From: Reyranella sp.
GTDB taxonomy: Bacteria > Pseudomonadota > Alphaproteobacteria > Reyranellales > Reyranellaceae
Assembly: GCF_965249915.1 (NCBI RefSeq)
Contig: NZ_OZ252257.1
Coordinates: 4,850,276-4,914,275, forward strand
Direction: 5' to 3'
Length of the DNA stretch: 64,000 bases
Shown: in pieces, positions 1 to 10,843 of the stretch
How the letters are laid out: every line of letters starts with the position of its first letter
How positions within the stretch are numbered: the first letter of the stretch is position 1
Made by a program: the position numbers and the translations under genes
Notes under the pieces: generated by a model
Database searches by the model: none
What the model saw: the letters and a program-made list of their open reading frames with translations, nothing else
What the model was told of the DNA's origin: nothing

Positions 1-2
1 GC

Positions 3-164
3 GACCTGCATCGCAACGCCGGCCAGCCCGACCAGTCCTACAGCGAACGGCAGATCTACGAAGCCGCGCTGGACCGGCTGGCGCGCGAACTCGCCGCCGT
101 CGAGCGGATCGATAAGGATCTGGCAACCCAGAAGCTGAACAGCGTCCTGCAGAAGGTCGCCTAG
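3..164 (+). CDS. 3' end of a gene that starts upstream of the window (product not recognised)
   Basis: Open frame from the window edge to TAG at 162-164 (...ERIDKDLATQKLNSVLQKVA*). A strong hairpin plus T-run follows. No family recognised by eye. Confidence 0.4.
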   Translation, partial: DLHRNAGQPDQSYSERQIYEAALDRLARELAAVERIDKDLATQKLNSVLQKVA

Positions 165-188
165 ACGCTTCTGGTGCGATCATGAGCG

Positions 189-227
189 AAAAGGCGGCCC
201 GACACCTCCCTGTCGCGCCGCCTTTTT
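189..227 (+). terminator. Rho-independent terminator-like hairpin
   Basis: aaaaggcggc-c-cgaca / tgtcg-c-gccgcctttt pair around a 6-nt loop and are followed by a T-run. It lies directly after the upstream stop codon. Confidence 0.6.
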
Positions 228-228
228 C

Positions 229-1071
229 ATGTCAGGCCCTGCGACGCCCGTTTTCCCGATCATGACCAAGGTTGCTCCGATCGCCCGCCTGCGCGAGGGC
301 GGTACCACCTGGGCGCTCGGCGCCCTGGCTGGCGACGATGCCGCACTGGAGCGGCTGGGAAGCGCCCTGATGCAGCAGTGGCGGCCCGGCGACCGGCTCG
401 TGGTGCTGGGCAACATGCTGGGCGCCGCCGGCAACACGCCGCGCACGATCGACCTCATGCTGCTGCTGCGCCGGCGTCTGCTGGCGAGGCCCGGCGCCGA
501 GGTCGAGGATTTCGTCTTCCTGCGCGGGCCGCAGGAGGAGATCTGGCACAAGGCGCTGCAACTCCAGTTCGCGCTGGCGCCGCTCGACGTGCTCGACTGG
601 ATGCTGTCGCGCGGGCTGGACGCCATCATCTCGGCCTACGGCTATTCGATCGCCGAGGGCCGCATCGCCAGCCGCAACGGCTCCCGCGCCATCGCGCGCT
701 GGACCTCGGGCCTGCGCGAACGACAGGCTGCCTGGCCCGGCCACAGCGATCTCCTGAACGCCCTGTCCCGTGCCGTGCTCAGCGCCGATGGCCGGCTCCT
801 CTTTGCCGCCAGCGGAGTCGATCCCGGCCGGCCGCTCGACAGGCAGGCCGATGCCTTCTGGTGGAGCACCCAGACCGATTCGGCGCTCGAAGAATCGCTT
901 GGCAAGGCGAACGATGGCCACTGGCCAGCCATAGAACGTGTCGTGCGCGGCGCCGCCCCGTCCCGGAACGTCCCGCAGGACGCCGGCCGCGTCCTGACCG
1001 TCACGCGCGAAAGGCCGGCCCTGGTGGCGCTCGACGCCGACGGCGCCGTGCTGGAGCGAATCGAGGCTTAA
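229..1071 (+). CDS. calcineurin-like metallophosphoesterase-fold protein with degenerate metal-binding motifs
   Basis: 280-aa ORF. The layout resembles PPP/ApaH-type phosphatases, but GDxHG reads GALAG, GDxxDRG reads GNMLGAAG and GNHE reads GPQEE. Start uncertain (ATG 229 or ATG 262). Confidence 0.55.
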   Translation: MSGPATPVFPIMTKVAPIARLREGGTTWALGALAGDDAALERLGSALMQQWRPGDRLVVLGNMLGAAGNTPRTIDLMLLLRRRLLARPGAEVEDFVFLRGPQEEIWHKALQLQFALAPLDVLDWMLSRGLDAIISAYGYSIAEGRIASRNGSRAIARWTSGLRERQAAWPGHSDLLNALSRAVLSADGRLLFAASGVDPGRPLDRQADAFWWSTQTDSALEESLGKANDGHWPAIERVVRGAAPSRNVPQDAGRVLTVTRERPALVALDADGAVLERIEA

Positions 1072-2480
1072 GGCTCGATGATCTTGATCTGGGCGCGGCT
1101 CGCGAGTTCGGCGGGTGTCTGCGCCGCGTTCAGCACGAGAAGACGTTCCATCTTGAGATCGGGATAGGGCATGCGGGCGGCGAGCTGTGCCGGCGTCGAT
1201 CCCGCCGGCGAAACGATGCGCAGCCGGTAGGGCTGGAGCGCAGCGGCTTCGGCGGGCGTGAGGGTGCGGAACGTCCGTGCCGCCCGCACCATCTCCTCGA
1301 TCTGCCGGTCCTGGTGCGCGCCCTCGCTCACCAGGGCGAAGTTGCACACCCGATCGCCGTCCCGGATGACGACATAGCGTGCCTGGCCGAGCCCGGTGTC
1401 GGAGCCGCGGGGGCGGGCACCGATCGCGGCCTCGTTGCCGTTGATCTCCAGGGTCCGGATGTCGGTCGGGGTGGGCTTCAGCTTGTTGCGCATCCAGTCG
1501 TCGAGCGGACCCGGTATCTGCGTCGCGACGCAGGCGAGCAACATCAGGGAGCGGTCGCGGTTTACCGCCAGCACGCCGTCGCTATCGTTGAGCAGGCGGA
1601 AGCCCGGCGGCGCCGTGAAGGCGAGGCGCATCGTCGGATGGAGGAAAGTGCGGCCGCGAATGAAGCCCTCCCGCGGCGAGTCGTCGACCGACATGCCGTT
1701 GATGGCCGCGAAGTAGCCTTTCTCGTTGGTTTCGCCGGGCGCGTTCGCGAGCGGAAGACCCGCGATCGCGGAGGTGCGCTCGATCGGCACGGGATGTGTC
1801 GACGCGGCGCTCGGCCGGTCGCCGACATCGGGCGACTCGCCCATGATCTGTGCCTCGAGGGCACTCTGCTGGCGCAACCGCTCGATCAGGGAGGCCATCG
1901 CATCGCCGCGATAGCCGGCCTTGACGATATAGCCCAGTCCCAGGCGGTCGGCCTCGAGTTCCTGTTCGCGCGAATAGCGCCGCAGCGCGAGCAAACCGTC
2001 CTGCGCCACCGCCCGGCCGACGGTGACCGAGCCGCTGGCGGCGGCCGCGTCGATCGCCGCCTCGAGAACACTCTGACGAACGCGGGCGCGCTGCGCGGCG
2101 TGACGCTGCACCAGATGGCCGAGTTCGTGGCCGACCGCCGCAGCGAGTTCGGCCTCGTTCTCCAGCAGGGCCAGCAGGCCTCGCGTGACGAAGACGTAGG
2201 ATTGCACGGCGTGCGCATTGGCGACCGGCGAATCGAGCACGACGAAGCGGAAACCGCTGACGCCGGCGGCGGCCACCACGCGCTGGCCGACCCGGTCGAC
2301 ATAGGCCTGCAGACGGGCATCCTGGTCCGCAGGACCGACGAGCTTCTCGATGCCGCGCGGCAGGGTGACGACGCCGCGTCCGGTCGCCGCAGGGGAGTCC
2401 GGGGCGGACGGCTCCGCGGACGTGCAGGCAACGACGCTGGCCAGCAATGCGACCAGCGCCAGAATACGGCGAATATCCAC
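1068..2480 (-). CDS. M48 family metallopeptidase, probable lipoprotein
   Basis: 470-aa ORF with an HELGHLVQRH zinc motif and an N-terminal signal peptide with lipobox (LLASVVAC). Confidence 0.85.
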   Translation of the reverse strand: MDIRRILALVALLASVVACTSAEPSAPDSPAATGRGVVTLPRGIEKLVGPADQDARLQAYVDRVGQRVVAAAGVSGFRFVVLDSPVANAHAVQSYVFVTRGLLALLENEAELAAAVGHELGHLVQRHAAQRARVRQSVLEAAIDAAAASGSVTVGRAVAQDGLLALRRYSREQELEADRLGLGYIVKAGYRGDAMASLIERLRQQSALEAQIMGESPDVGDRPSAASTHPVPIERTSAIAGLPLANAPGETNEKGYFAAINGMSVDDSPREGFIRGRTFLHPTMRLAFTAPPGFRLLNDSDGVLAVNRDRSLMLLACVATQIPGPLDDWMRNKLKPTPTDIRTLEINGNEAAIGARPRGSDTGLGQARYVVIRDGDRVCNFALVSEGAHQDRQIEEMVRAARTFRTLTPAEAAALQPYRLRIVSPAGSTPAQLAARMPYPDLKMERLLVLNAAQTPAELASRAQIKIIEP

Positions 2481-2591
2481 GGATCCTCCTGGAACGACTC
2501 GACCTTAGACGCTCGGCGGACAAGGCTGCAATCGCCTGCAAGGCTGGCACGAATGCCGCCGCTATGGCAGTGATGCCCCGAGGACAATCGC

Positions 2592-3602
2592 ATGCCGCGT
2601 TCAGAGACCCCTCTTCGTTCCGATCTGTTTCCCGAAATCTCGCCCTATGCCAGCGGCATGCTGGCGGTCGATGGTCGGCACACGATCTATTGGGAGCAGA
2701 GCGGCAATCCGGAGGGCGTGCCCGTCGTGTTCCTGCACGGCGGACCGGGCGCCGGCTCGGCGCCGGTCCATCGCCGGTTTTTCGATCCGCAGTTCTATCG
2801 CATCGTCGTATTCGACCAGCGTGGCTGTGGCCGCTCGATGCCGCTCGGTGAATTGCAGGACAACACCACGGCCGATCTCGTGGCCGACATGGAGAAGCTC
2901 CGGACGCATCTCGGCATCCCGAGCTGGCTGCTGTTCGGCGGCTCCTGGGGCAGCACACTGGCACTGGCCTACGGTCTCAGCCATCCAGGGCGCGCCACCG
3001 GCTTGATCCTGCGCGGCATCTTCCTAGGCGCACGCCCGGAGATCGACTGGTTCCTCCACGGCATGCGCACCATCTTCCCGGAGGCGTGGCGCGAATTCGC
3101 CGAGCACCTGCCGGCCGAGGAGCGCGGCGACCTGCTGGGCAACTATTACCGTCGCCTGATCGACCGCAATCCCGACCTGCACCGTCCGGCGGCGCGCGCC
3201 TGGAGCCGCTACGAGGCGGCCTGCTCGACGCTCTACCCGATGGTGCGCGCGCCGTTCGAGACCGACCATGGCGGCTTCGCGCTCGCCCTGTCGCGCATCG
3301 AGGCCCACTATTTCGCCAATGGGACCTTCGTGCCGGAAGACTGGCCGTGGGCCGGTCTCGACCGCATCCGCCACCTGCCCGCCACCATCGTCCAGGGTCG
3401 CTACGACATCGTCTGCCCGCCGGTGACGGCCGATGCGCTGGCCCGCGCCTGGCCCGAGGCGCGATACGTGATCGTGCCCGATGCCGGCCACAGCGCGCTG
3501 GAACCCGGCATCCGCGCCGCCCTGGTCAACGCCACCGAAAGCTACCGGCTCTCGACCAGCGACACCGAACTCTTCGCCCCCCGCTTTCCGTGGGACGCAT
3601 AA
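2592..3602 (+). CDS. pip: prolyl aminopeptidase (proline iminopeptidase)
   Basis: 336-aa ORF with typical Pip N-terminus (...YWEQSGNPEGVPVVFLHGGPGAG...) and nucleophile elbow GGSWGSTLALAY. Confidence 0.9.
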   Translation: MPRSETPLRSDLFPEISPYASGMLAVDGRHTIYWEQSGNPEGVPVVFLHGGPGAGSAPVHRRFFDPQFYRIVVFDQRGCGRSMPLGELQDNTTADLVADMEKLRTHLGIPSWLLFGGSWGSTLALAYGLSHPGRATGLILRGIFLGARPEIDWFLHGMRTIFPEAWREFAEHLPAEERGDLLGNYYRRLIDRNPDLHRPAARAWSRYEAACSTLYPMVRAPFETDHGGFALALSRIEAHYFANGTFVPEDWPWAGLDRIRHLPATIVQGRYDIVCPPVTADALARAWPEARYVIVPDAGHSALEPGIRAALVNATESYRLSTSDTELFAPRFPWDA

Positions 3603-3631
3603 AAAAAGACCGAACCGAGGAACGCCTGATC

Positions 3632-4687
3632 ATGTCGTACGAACTCCCGCCGGAGCAGACCGGCGCTGCCGCCTGGTATGGACCCGAGATCGCCAAGCGC
3701 GACGACTGGATGATGCCGCTGTCGGCCGCCGAAGTGGCCGAGGTCGAGGCCGCGACCCAGGCGCTGGTCGCGCGCGACGCCGACATCGCCGTGCTGAAGC
3801 CGCAGGATTTCCCGCTGCCGACGCTCGGGGCGAAGCTCCGCTCACGCGTCGACGACGAGGTCCTGAACGGCCGCGGGTTCCTGCTGCTGCGCGGCCTGCC
3901 GGTCGACCGCTGGTCGATCCGCGAATCGGCGACGGCATTCTTCGGGCTGGGCGCCCATCTCGGCAGCGCCCGCTCGCAGAACGGCAAGGGCCATGTGCTG
4001 GGCCACGTGCAGGATCTCGGGCTCGACGTGAACGACCCCAACGTGCGCATCTACCAGACGCACGAACGGCAAACCTACCACACCGATTCCTGCGACATCG
4101 TCGGGCTGCTCTGCCTCAAGACCGCGCGGTCGGGCGGGCTGTCGGCGCTGGTGAGCTCGACCACGATCTTCAACGAGATGCGCCGCCGCCGGCCCGACCT
4201 GCTGAAGCTGCTGTTCCAGCCGATCGCCACCGACCGGCGCGGCGAGGTACCGGAGGGACAGAAGCCCTTCTTCGAGATCCCGGTCTTCAACTGGCACCAA
4301 GGCTACCTGACCGCAATCTACCAGCGCCAGTACATCGACAGCGCCCAGCGCTTCCCCGAGGCGCCGCGGCACACGCCGGAGCTGATCGAGGCCCTCGACA
4401 TGTTCGATTCGCTGGCCAACGACCCGGCGCTCAACACCTTCATGGAATTCAAGCCGGGCGACGTGCAGCTGGTTCACAACCACACGATGCTGCACGACCG
4501 CACCGGCTTCGACGACTGGCCCGAACCGGAGCGCCGCCGTCACCTGCTGCGCCTGTGGCTGGCCGCCGAGGGGGCCCGGCCGCTGCCCGAGATCTTCGCC
4601 CAGCGCTACGGCCAGGTCACCATCGGCGACCGCGGCGGCATCATCGTGCGCGGGACGAAGCTGCACGCGCCCCTGCAGGCCGCCTGA
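3632..4687 (+). CDS. TauD/TfdA family Fe(II)/2-oxoglutarate dioxygenase
   Basis: In-frame ATG at 3632 inside the 3086-4687 ORF. HTDS and HNHTMLHDR motifs; the length fits the family. Confidence 0.8.
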   Translation: MSYELPPEQTGAAAWYGPEIAKRDDWMMPLSAAEVAEVEAATQALVARDADIAVLKPQDFPLPTLGAKLRSRVDDEVLNGRGFLLLRGLPVDRWSIRESATAFFGLGAHLGSARSQNGKGHVLGHVQDLGLDVNDPNVRIYQTHERQTYHTDSCDIVGLLCLKTARSGGLSALVSSTTIFNEMRRRRPDLLKLLFQPIATDRRGEVPEGQKPFFEIPVFNWHQGYLTAIYQRQYIDSAQRFPEAPRHTPELIEALDMFDSLANDPALNTFMEFKPGDVQLVHNHTMLHDRTGFDDWPEPERRRHLLRLWLAAEGARPLPEIFAQRYGQVTIGDRGGIIVRGTKLHAPLQAA

Positions 4688-4691
4688 GCCA

Positions 4692-4722
4692 GTTGACCCG
4701 GGCCTGCCTCGTCCCTAAGTGA
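4692..4722 (+). promoter_or_regulatory. putative RpoH (sigma-32) type heat-shock promoter of grpE
   Basis: gTTGacc - 14 to 17 nt - CCCTAAGT resembles the alphaproteobacterial CTTG-N17-CYTATNT consensus. It lies 40 nt upstream of the ATG at 4764. Confidence 0.4.
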
Positions 4723-4763
4723 AGGCCGCATCAAGCAACCCACACCACACAAGGGGACACCCC

Positions 4764-5363
4764 ATGGCCAGCGATCCCACCGCGGGCGGCGCCCCGGCGG
4801 ATATGCCGGTCGACCCGGACAATCTCGACATCCCGCCCCGGCCGGAAACCGCCGCCGAGTGGCAGCGTCTCGTCGAGCAGCTCCAGGCCGAAAAGGCCGA
4901 TCTTCAGGACAGGCAGCTCCGGGCCCTCGCCGAGGCGCAGAACGTGCGCCGCCGGGCCCAGCAGGATGTCGAGAAGGAGCGTAAGTTCGGTGTCGAGCGC
5001 TTTGCCCGCGACGTGCTTTCGGTGGCCGACAATTTCGGCCGCGCCCTGTCGGCCCTGCCGGCGAACCTCGATTCCCTCGATCCGGCGCTGCGCAACGTGA
5101 TCGTCGGCATCCAGGCGACCGATCGCGAGCTGCAGTCCGTGCTGGAGCGGCACGGCGTCACTCGCATCGAGAGCCTCGGCAAGCCGTTCAACGCCGAATT
5201 CCATCAGGCCATGATGGAGGTCGAGAATGCCGACGTCCCGAACGGCACGGTGGTCCAGGAGATGATCCCCGGCTACCTGATCGCCGGCCGTCTGCTGCGG
5301 GCGGCGATGGTCGCCGTGTCCAAGGGCGGCCCCGCCGCCGGCGCTCCGGCCCACGCAAATTAG
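4764..5363 (+). CDS. grpE: nucleotide exchange factor GrpE
   Basis: GrpE-like sequence (...ERHGVTRIESLGKPFNAEFHQAMMEVE...). ATG 4764 is preceded by aagggga. The GTG at 4719 would sit inside the putative promoter. Confidence 0.9.
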   Translation: MASDPTAGGAPADMPVDPDNLDIPPRPETAAEWQRLVEQLQAEKADLQDRQLRALAEAQNVRRRAQQDVEKERKFGVERFARDVLSVADNFGRALSALPANLDSLDPALRNVIVGIQATDRELQSVLERHGVTRIESLGKPFNAEFHQAMMEVENADVPNGTVVQEMIPGYLIAGRLLRAAMVAVSKGGPAAGAPAHAN

Positions 5364-5453
5364 GAAGTGGCCGGCCGCGCCGGCCGCTCCCATGAGTCCG
5401 CCCGGTAGTGTGTCAAACGGCACATTCCAGCGGAGATTTTGGTCCCAACGTCC

Positions 5454-5484
5454 ATTGCAGGCAGGCGGACAGGACCTATATAGC
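5454..5484 (+). promoter_or_regulatory. putative RpoH (sigma-32) type heat-shock promoter of dnaK
   Basis: ATTG (5454-5457) - 17 nt - CCTATATAG (5475-5483) closely matches CTTG-N17-CYTATNTNNG. It lies about 100 nt upstream of dnaK. Confidence 0.45.
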
Positions 5485-5585
5485 CCCTGTCCTGACCCGG
5501 TTTTTCCGGCAGGTAACCACAGTACGGGGGCCGATCGGGCGCCTTTGGGTCCGGAACGGCTTGCCGAGGGAAGAGAGTAGAAATC

Positions 5586-7523
<1,938 letters not shown>

Positions 7524-7548
7524 TCAGGGACACCCGGCGGAACGAGAC

Positions 7549-7572
7549 GGCCTCCCGCGCAAGCGGGAGGCC
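7549..7572 (+). promoter_or_regulatory. GC-rich stem-loop between dnaK and dnaJ (possible attenuator or mRNA processing/stability element)
   Basis: Perfect 10-bp stem ggcctcccgc/gcgggaggcc with gcaa loop and no T-run. Confidence 0.35.
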
Positions 7573-7609
7573 GACCTGTAAGGGGCAAGTGGGGGCTGCG
7601 TAGAGCGTT

Positions 7610-8731
7610 ATGTCGCAAGACTTTTACGAGCTGCTCGGGGTGAGCCGGACGACCAGCGCCGACGACATCAAGAAGGCGTACCGCAAGCTCGCGATGCAGC
7701 ACCATCCGGACCGCAATCCCGGCGACAAGGAAGCGGAACGGAAGTTCAAGGAAATCAGCCACGCCTACGACATCCTGAAGGATCCGGAGAAGCGTGCCGC
7801 TTACGACCGCTATGGCGCGGCCGCGTTCGAAGGCGGTGCGGGCCCGGGGGGGCCGTTCCAGGGCGGCCAGGGCTTCGATTTCGGCTCGGTCTTCGGCGAC
7901 ATCTTCGAGGAGATGTTCGGCGCCAACGGTGCGCGCGGCGGACGCGGGCGCGCCGACATGCGCGGCCAGGACCTGCGCTTCAATCTCGAGATCACGCTGG
8001 AACAGGCCTATGCCGGCACCGAAGCGACGGTGCGCGTACCGAGTTCCGTCTCCTGCGAAGTCTGCCATGGCAGCGGTGCCGAGGCCGGCTCCAAGCCGCA
8101 GCAATGCCCGACCTGCCAGGGCCGCGGCCGCATCCGCGCGCAGCAGGGCTTCTTCACCGTCGAGCGCGCCTGCCACACCTGTCACGGCGCCGGACAGGTG
8201 ATCGACAAGCCCTGCAAGAACTGCGGCGGCCAGGGTCGCGTGCGTCGCGAGAAGACGCTGAAGGTCAACATTCCGGCCGGCGTCGAGGACGGCACGCGCA
8301 TTCGCCTGAGCGGCGAGGGCGAGGCGGGTGCGCGCGGCGGTCCCGCCGGCGATCTCTATGTCTTCCTGTCGGTGCGCCGGCATCAGCTGTTCGAGCGCGA
8401 AGGGCCCGACGTGCACTGCCGTGTGCCCATTTCGATGGTCCAGGCCACCCTGGGCGGCAACATCGAGGTCCCGACGCTCGACGGCAAGATGGCCCGCATC
8501 AACATTCCGGCCGGCGCGCAGGGCGGCCACCAGTTCCGCATGCGCGGCAAGGGCATGCCGATCGTGCGGTCCAGCCAGCACGGCGACATGTACATCGAGA
8601 TCAACGTCGAGACGCCGACCAACCTCACCTCCAAGCAGAAGGAACTGCTCAAGGAATTCGAGAAGGCCGGCAAGACCAGCCCCGAATCCGAAGGCTTCTT
8701 CAGCAAGGTGAAGGAAATGTTCGGCGGCTGA
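7610..8731 (+). CDS. dnaJ: molecular chaperone DnaJ
   Basis: 373-aa ORF with a J domain (HPD), a G/F-rich linker and four CxxCxGxG zinc-finger repeats. Confidence 0.97.
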   Translation: MSQDFYELLGVSRTTSADDIKKAYRKLAMQHHPDRNPGDKEAERKFKEISHAYDILKDPEKRAAYDRYGAAAFEGGAGPGGPFQGGQGFDFGSVFGDIFEEMFGANGARGGRGRADMRGQDLRFNLEITLEQAYAGTEATVRVPSSVSCEVCHGSGAEAGSKPQQCPTCQGRGRIRAQQGFFTVERACHTCHGAGQVIDKPCKNCGGQGRVRREKTLKVNIPAGVEDGTRIRLSGEGEAGARGGPAGDLYVFLSVRRHQLFEREGPDVHCRVPISMVQATLGGNIEVPTLDGKMARINIPAGAQGGHQFRMRGKGMPIVRSSQHGDMYIEINVETPTNLTSKQKELLKEFEKAGKTSPESEGFFSKVKEMFGG

Positions 8732-8777
8732 GGCCGCCGACATTCAGGCTCACGGACCTATCCGCTAGAGCCTTTTC

Positions 8778-8835
8778 GACCCATTCGCCTCATCCTTCGA
8801 GACGCCGCGCCTCGCACGGCTTCTCAGGATGAGGT
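8778..8835. repeat. REP1 family, half copy (right arm only)
   Basis: cctcatccttcgagacgccgcgc...ttctcaggatgaggt matches the right arm of the full copies at 43211-43346 and 46934-47068. It lies between the convergent dnaJ and ABC ATPase genes. Confidence 0.7.
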
Positions 8836-8848
8836 CATTGTTGAGATG

Positions 8849-9811
8849 CTACGCCGCCAGCACGCAGCGCACCGCATGCGCGGTCTCGACCTCGCGCAGC
8901 GACGGGATCGAGGCCGTGCAGTCGGGACGGACGAACTTGCAGCGCGGCGCGAAGCTGCAGCCGTCCGGCACGGCCGCAAGATCGGGCGGCGCGCCCGGGA
9001 TCGATTCGAGGCGCTGGCCACGCATACCATCATGGACGGTCGAGGCCAGCAGGCCGCGGCTGTAGGGATGCTGCGGCGCGTCGACCATGCGCTCGACGGG
9101 CGCCATCTCGACCAGCTTGCCGGCATACATGACGCCGATCCGGTCGGAGACTTCGACGGCCACGCCGATATCGTGGGTGACGAAGATGACGCCGAGGTTG
9201 AACTCGCGCTGCAGCTCGCGGATCAGCAGCAGCACCTGGATCTGCACCGTGGCGTCGAGCGCCGTGGTCGGCTCGTCGGCCAGCAGCAGGGTCGGATTGC
9301 ACGAGAGCGCGAGCGCGATCATGGCGCGCTGGCGCATGCCGCCCGACATCTCGTGCGGATAGGCTTTCAGCCGCTGCGCCGGCGAGGGAATCCGCACCAT
9401 CTCCAGCAGATCCTTGGCGCGCTTCATGGCCTCAGCTTCGCTCTTGCCGGTGTGGCGGCGCACCGTCTCCGCGATCTGCTGGCCGATGGTGAAGACTGGA
9501 TCGAAGGCTGTCGCCGGCTCCTGGAAGATCATCGAGACGCGCTGGCCGCGCAGATCGGACAGCGCCCTGGGCTCCATCTCCAGGACCTCGTCGCCCTGAA
9601 GCTTGATGCTGCCCGACCAGCGCGTGCGATGCTCGGGATGCAGCCGCAGGATCGAGCGCAGGGTGACGCTCTTGCCCGAGCCGGATTCGCCCAGGATGCC
9701 CAGCGTCTCGCCGCGCGCGAGGTCGAAGCTGACGCCGTTGACGGCATGCACCGTCCGGTCGGGCGTGACGAAAGTGACGTGGAGGTCGCGGACCTGAAGC
9801 AGGTTGGTCAT
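8849..9811 (-). CDS. oligopeptide/dipeptide ABC transporter ATP-binding protein (DppD/OppD-like)
   Basis: 320-aa ORF with Walker A GESGSGKS, signature SGGMRQR, Walker B LLLADEPT and the C-terminal oligopeptide ATPase extension. Confidence 0.9.
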   Translation of the reverse strand: MTNLLQVRDLHVTFVTPDRTVHAVNGVSFDLARGETLGILGESGSGKSVTLRSILRLHPEHRTRWSGSIKLQGDEVLEMEPRALSDLRGQRVSMIFQEPATAFDPVFTIGQQIAETVRRHTGKSEAEAMKRAKDLLEMVRIPSPAQRLKAYPHEMSGGMRQRAMIALALSCNPTLLLADEPTTALDATVQIQVLLLIRELQREFNLGVIFVTHDIGVAVEVSDRIGVMYAGKLVEMAPVERMVDAPQHPYSRGLLASTVHDGMRGQRLESIPGAPPDLAAVPDGCSFAPRCKFVRPDCTASIPSLREVETAHAVRCVLAA

Positions 9812-10842
9812 GCAGCCATCGCCTTGGAATGGCCCGAGCCCGCCACGCGCATGTGGCAGGCCACGGCCTGGTGTCCGGTATCCGCCAGCAGCGGCTCGGT
9901 GCGCGCGCAGACGTCTTCGGCGAACGGGCAGCGCGTGCGGAAGCGGCAGCCCGAGGGCGGATCGATCGGATTGGGCGGATCGCCCTGGATCGGCGCCTCG
10001 CGTGTGCGCTTGCGCGGATCCATCGACGGCCGCGCCGACAGCAGCGCCCGTGTATAGGGATGCTGCGGATTGCCGTAGATCGCCTCGACGGGACCCAGCT
10101 CGACGATCTTGCCGAGGTACATGACCAGCACGCGATCGCTGAGATACTGCACGACGTTGAGATCGTGGCTGATGAAGACGTAGGTGAGGTCGAGCTCCGT
10201 CTTGAGGTCGACCAGCATGTTCAGCACCTGCGCCTCGACCGACTTGTCGAGCGCCGACACTGCCTCGTCGAGGATGATCAGCCGCGGCCGCAGCGCGAGC
10301 GCCCGCGCGATGTTCACCCTCTGGCGCTGGCCGCCCGACAGTTCGTGCGGATAGCGCGTGGCGTAGTTCACCGGATCGAGCCCGACCTTGCTCAGCAGGT
10401 CGCGCACCCTCTCGCGCGCTTCGGCGGCGGGCAGGCCATGCGCGCGCGGCGCGAAGGCCAGGGTCTCTGCAATGGTCAGGCGGGGGTTGAGCGAGGCGTA
10501 GGAATCCTGGAACACCATCTGCACCTGGCGGCGCAGCTCGTTCACCGTGATGCCGTGCGGCTCGTCGACCGGATCGCCGTCCAGCACCATCGTGCCCTTG
10601 TCCGGCTTGATCAGGCGGATCAGCAGCCGCGCGACCGTCGACTTGCCGCAGCCCGATTCGCCCACGACGCCCAAGGTCTCGCCCTTGGCGACCGAGAGGG
10701 TGAGATCGTCGACCGCGCGCACGACCTTGGTGGTGCGGCCGAGCAGGCCGCCGGGGATCGGGAAATGCTTGCGCAGGCCGGTCGCCAGCAAGAGCGGCTG
10801 GGCCGGGCCACCGCGATCCTGGATGGGAAGCAGCGTGTCCAT
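9808..10842 (-). CDS. oligopeptide/dipeptide ABC transporter ATP-binding protein (DppF/OppF-like)
   Basis: 344-aa ORF with GESGCGKST, LSGGQRQR and LIILDEAVSALD motifs. It overlaps the downstream ATPase gene by 4 nt. Confidence 0.9.
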   Translation of the reverse strand: MDTLLPIQDRGGPAQPLLLATGLRKHFPIPGGLLGRTTKVVRAVDDLTLSVAKGETLGVVGESGCGKSTVARLLIRLIKPDKGTMVLDGDPVDEPHGITVNELRRQVQMVFQDSYASLNPRLTIAETLAFAPRAHGLPAAEARERVRDLLSKVGLDPVNYATRYPHELSGGQRQRVNIARALALRPRLIILDEAVSALDKSVEAQVLNMLVDLKTELDLTYVFISHDLNVVQYLSDRVLVMYLGKIVELGPVEAIYGNPQHPYTRALLSARPSMDPRKRTREAPIQGDPPNPIDPPSGCRFRTRCPFAEDVCARTEPLLADTGHQAVACHMRVAGSGHSKAMAA

Positions 10843-10843
10843 G

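Noticed and set aside
378-2573. 731-aa ORF on the plus strand
   Set aside because: It is out of frame with the 229-1071 gene and antisense to the M48 peptidase gene. Its extreme Arg/Ala/Gly content points to an artefact.
4719-4763. GTG 4719 as the grpE start, as given in the ORF track
   Set aside because: It would lie inside the putative sigma-32 -10 element. ATG 4764 has a purine-rich RBS (aagggga), and the extra 15 residues are not GrpE-like.
5364-5585. CIRCE (HrcA) operator upstream of dnaK or grpE
   Set aside because: I looked for TTAGCACTC-N9-GAGTGCTAA-like inverted repeats and found none. Only RpoH-type promoter matches are present.
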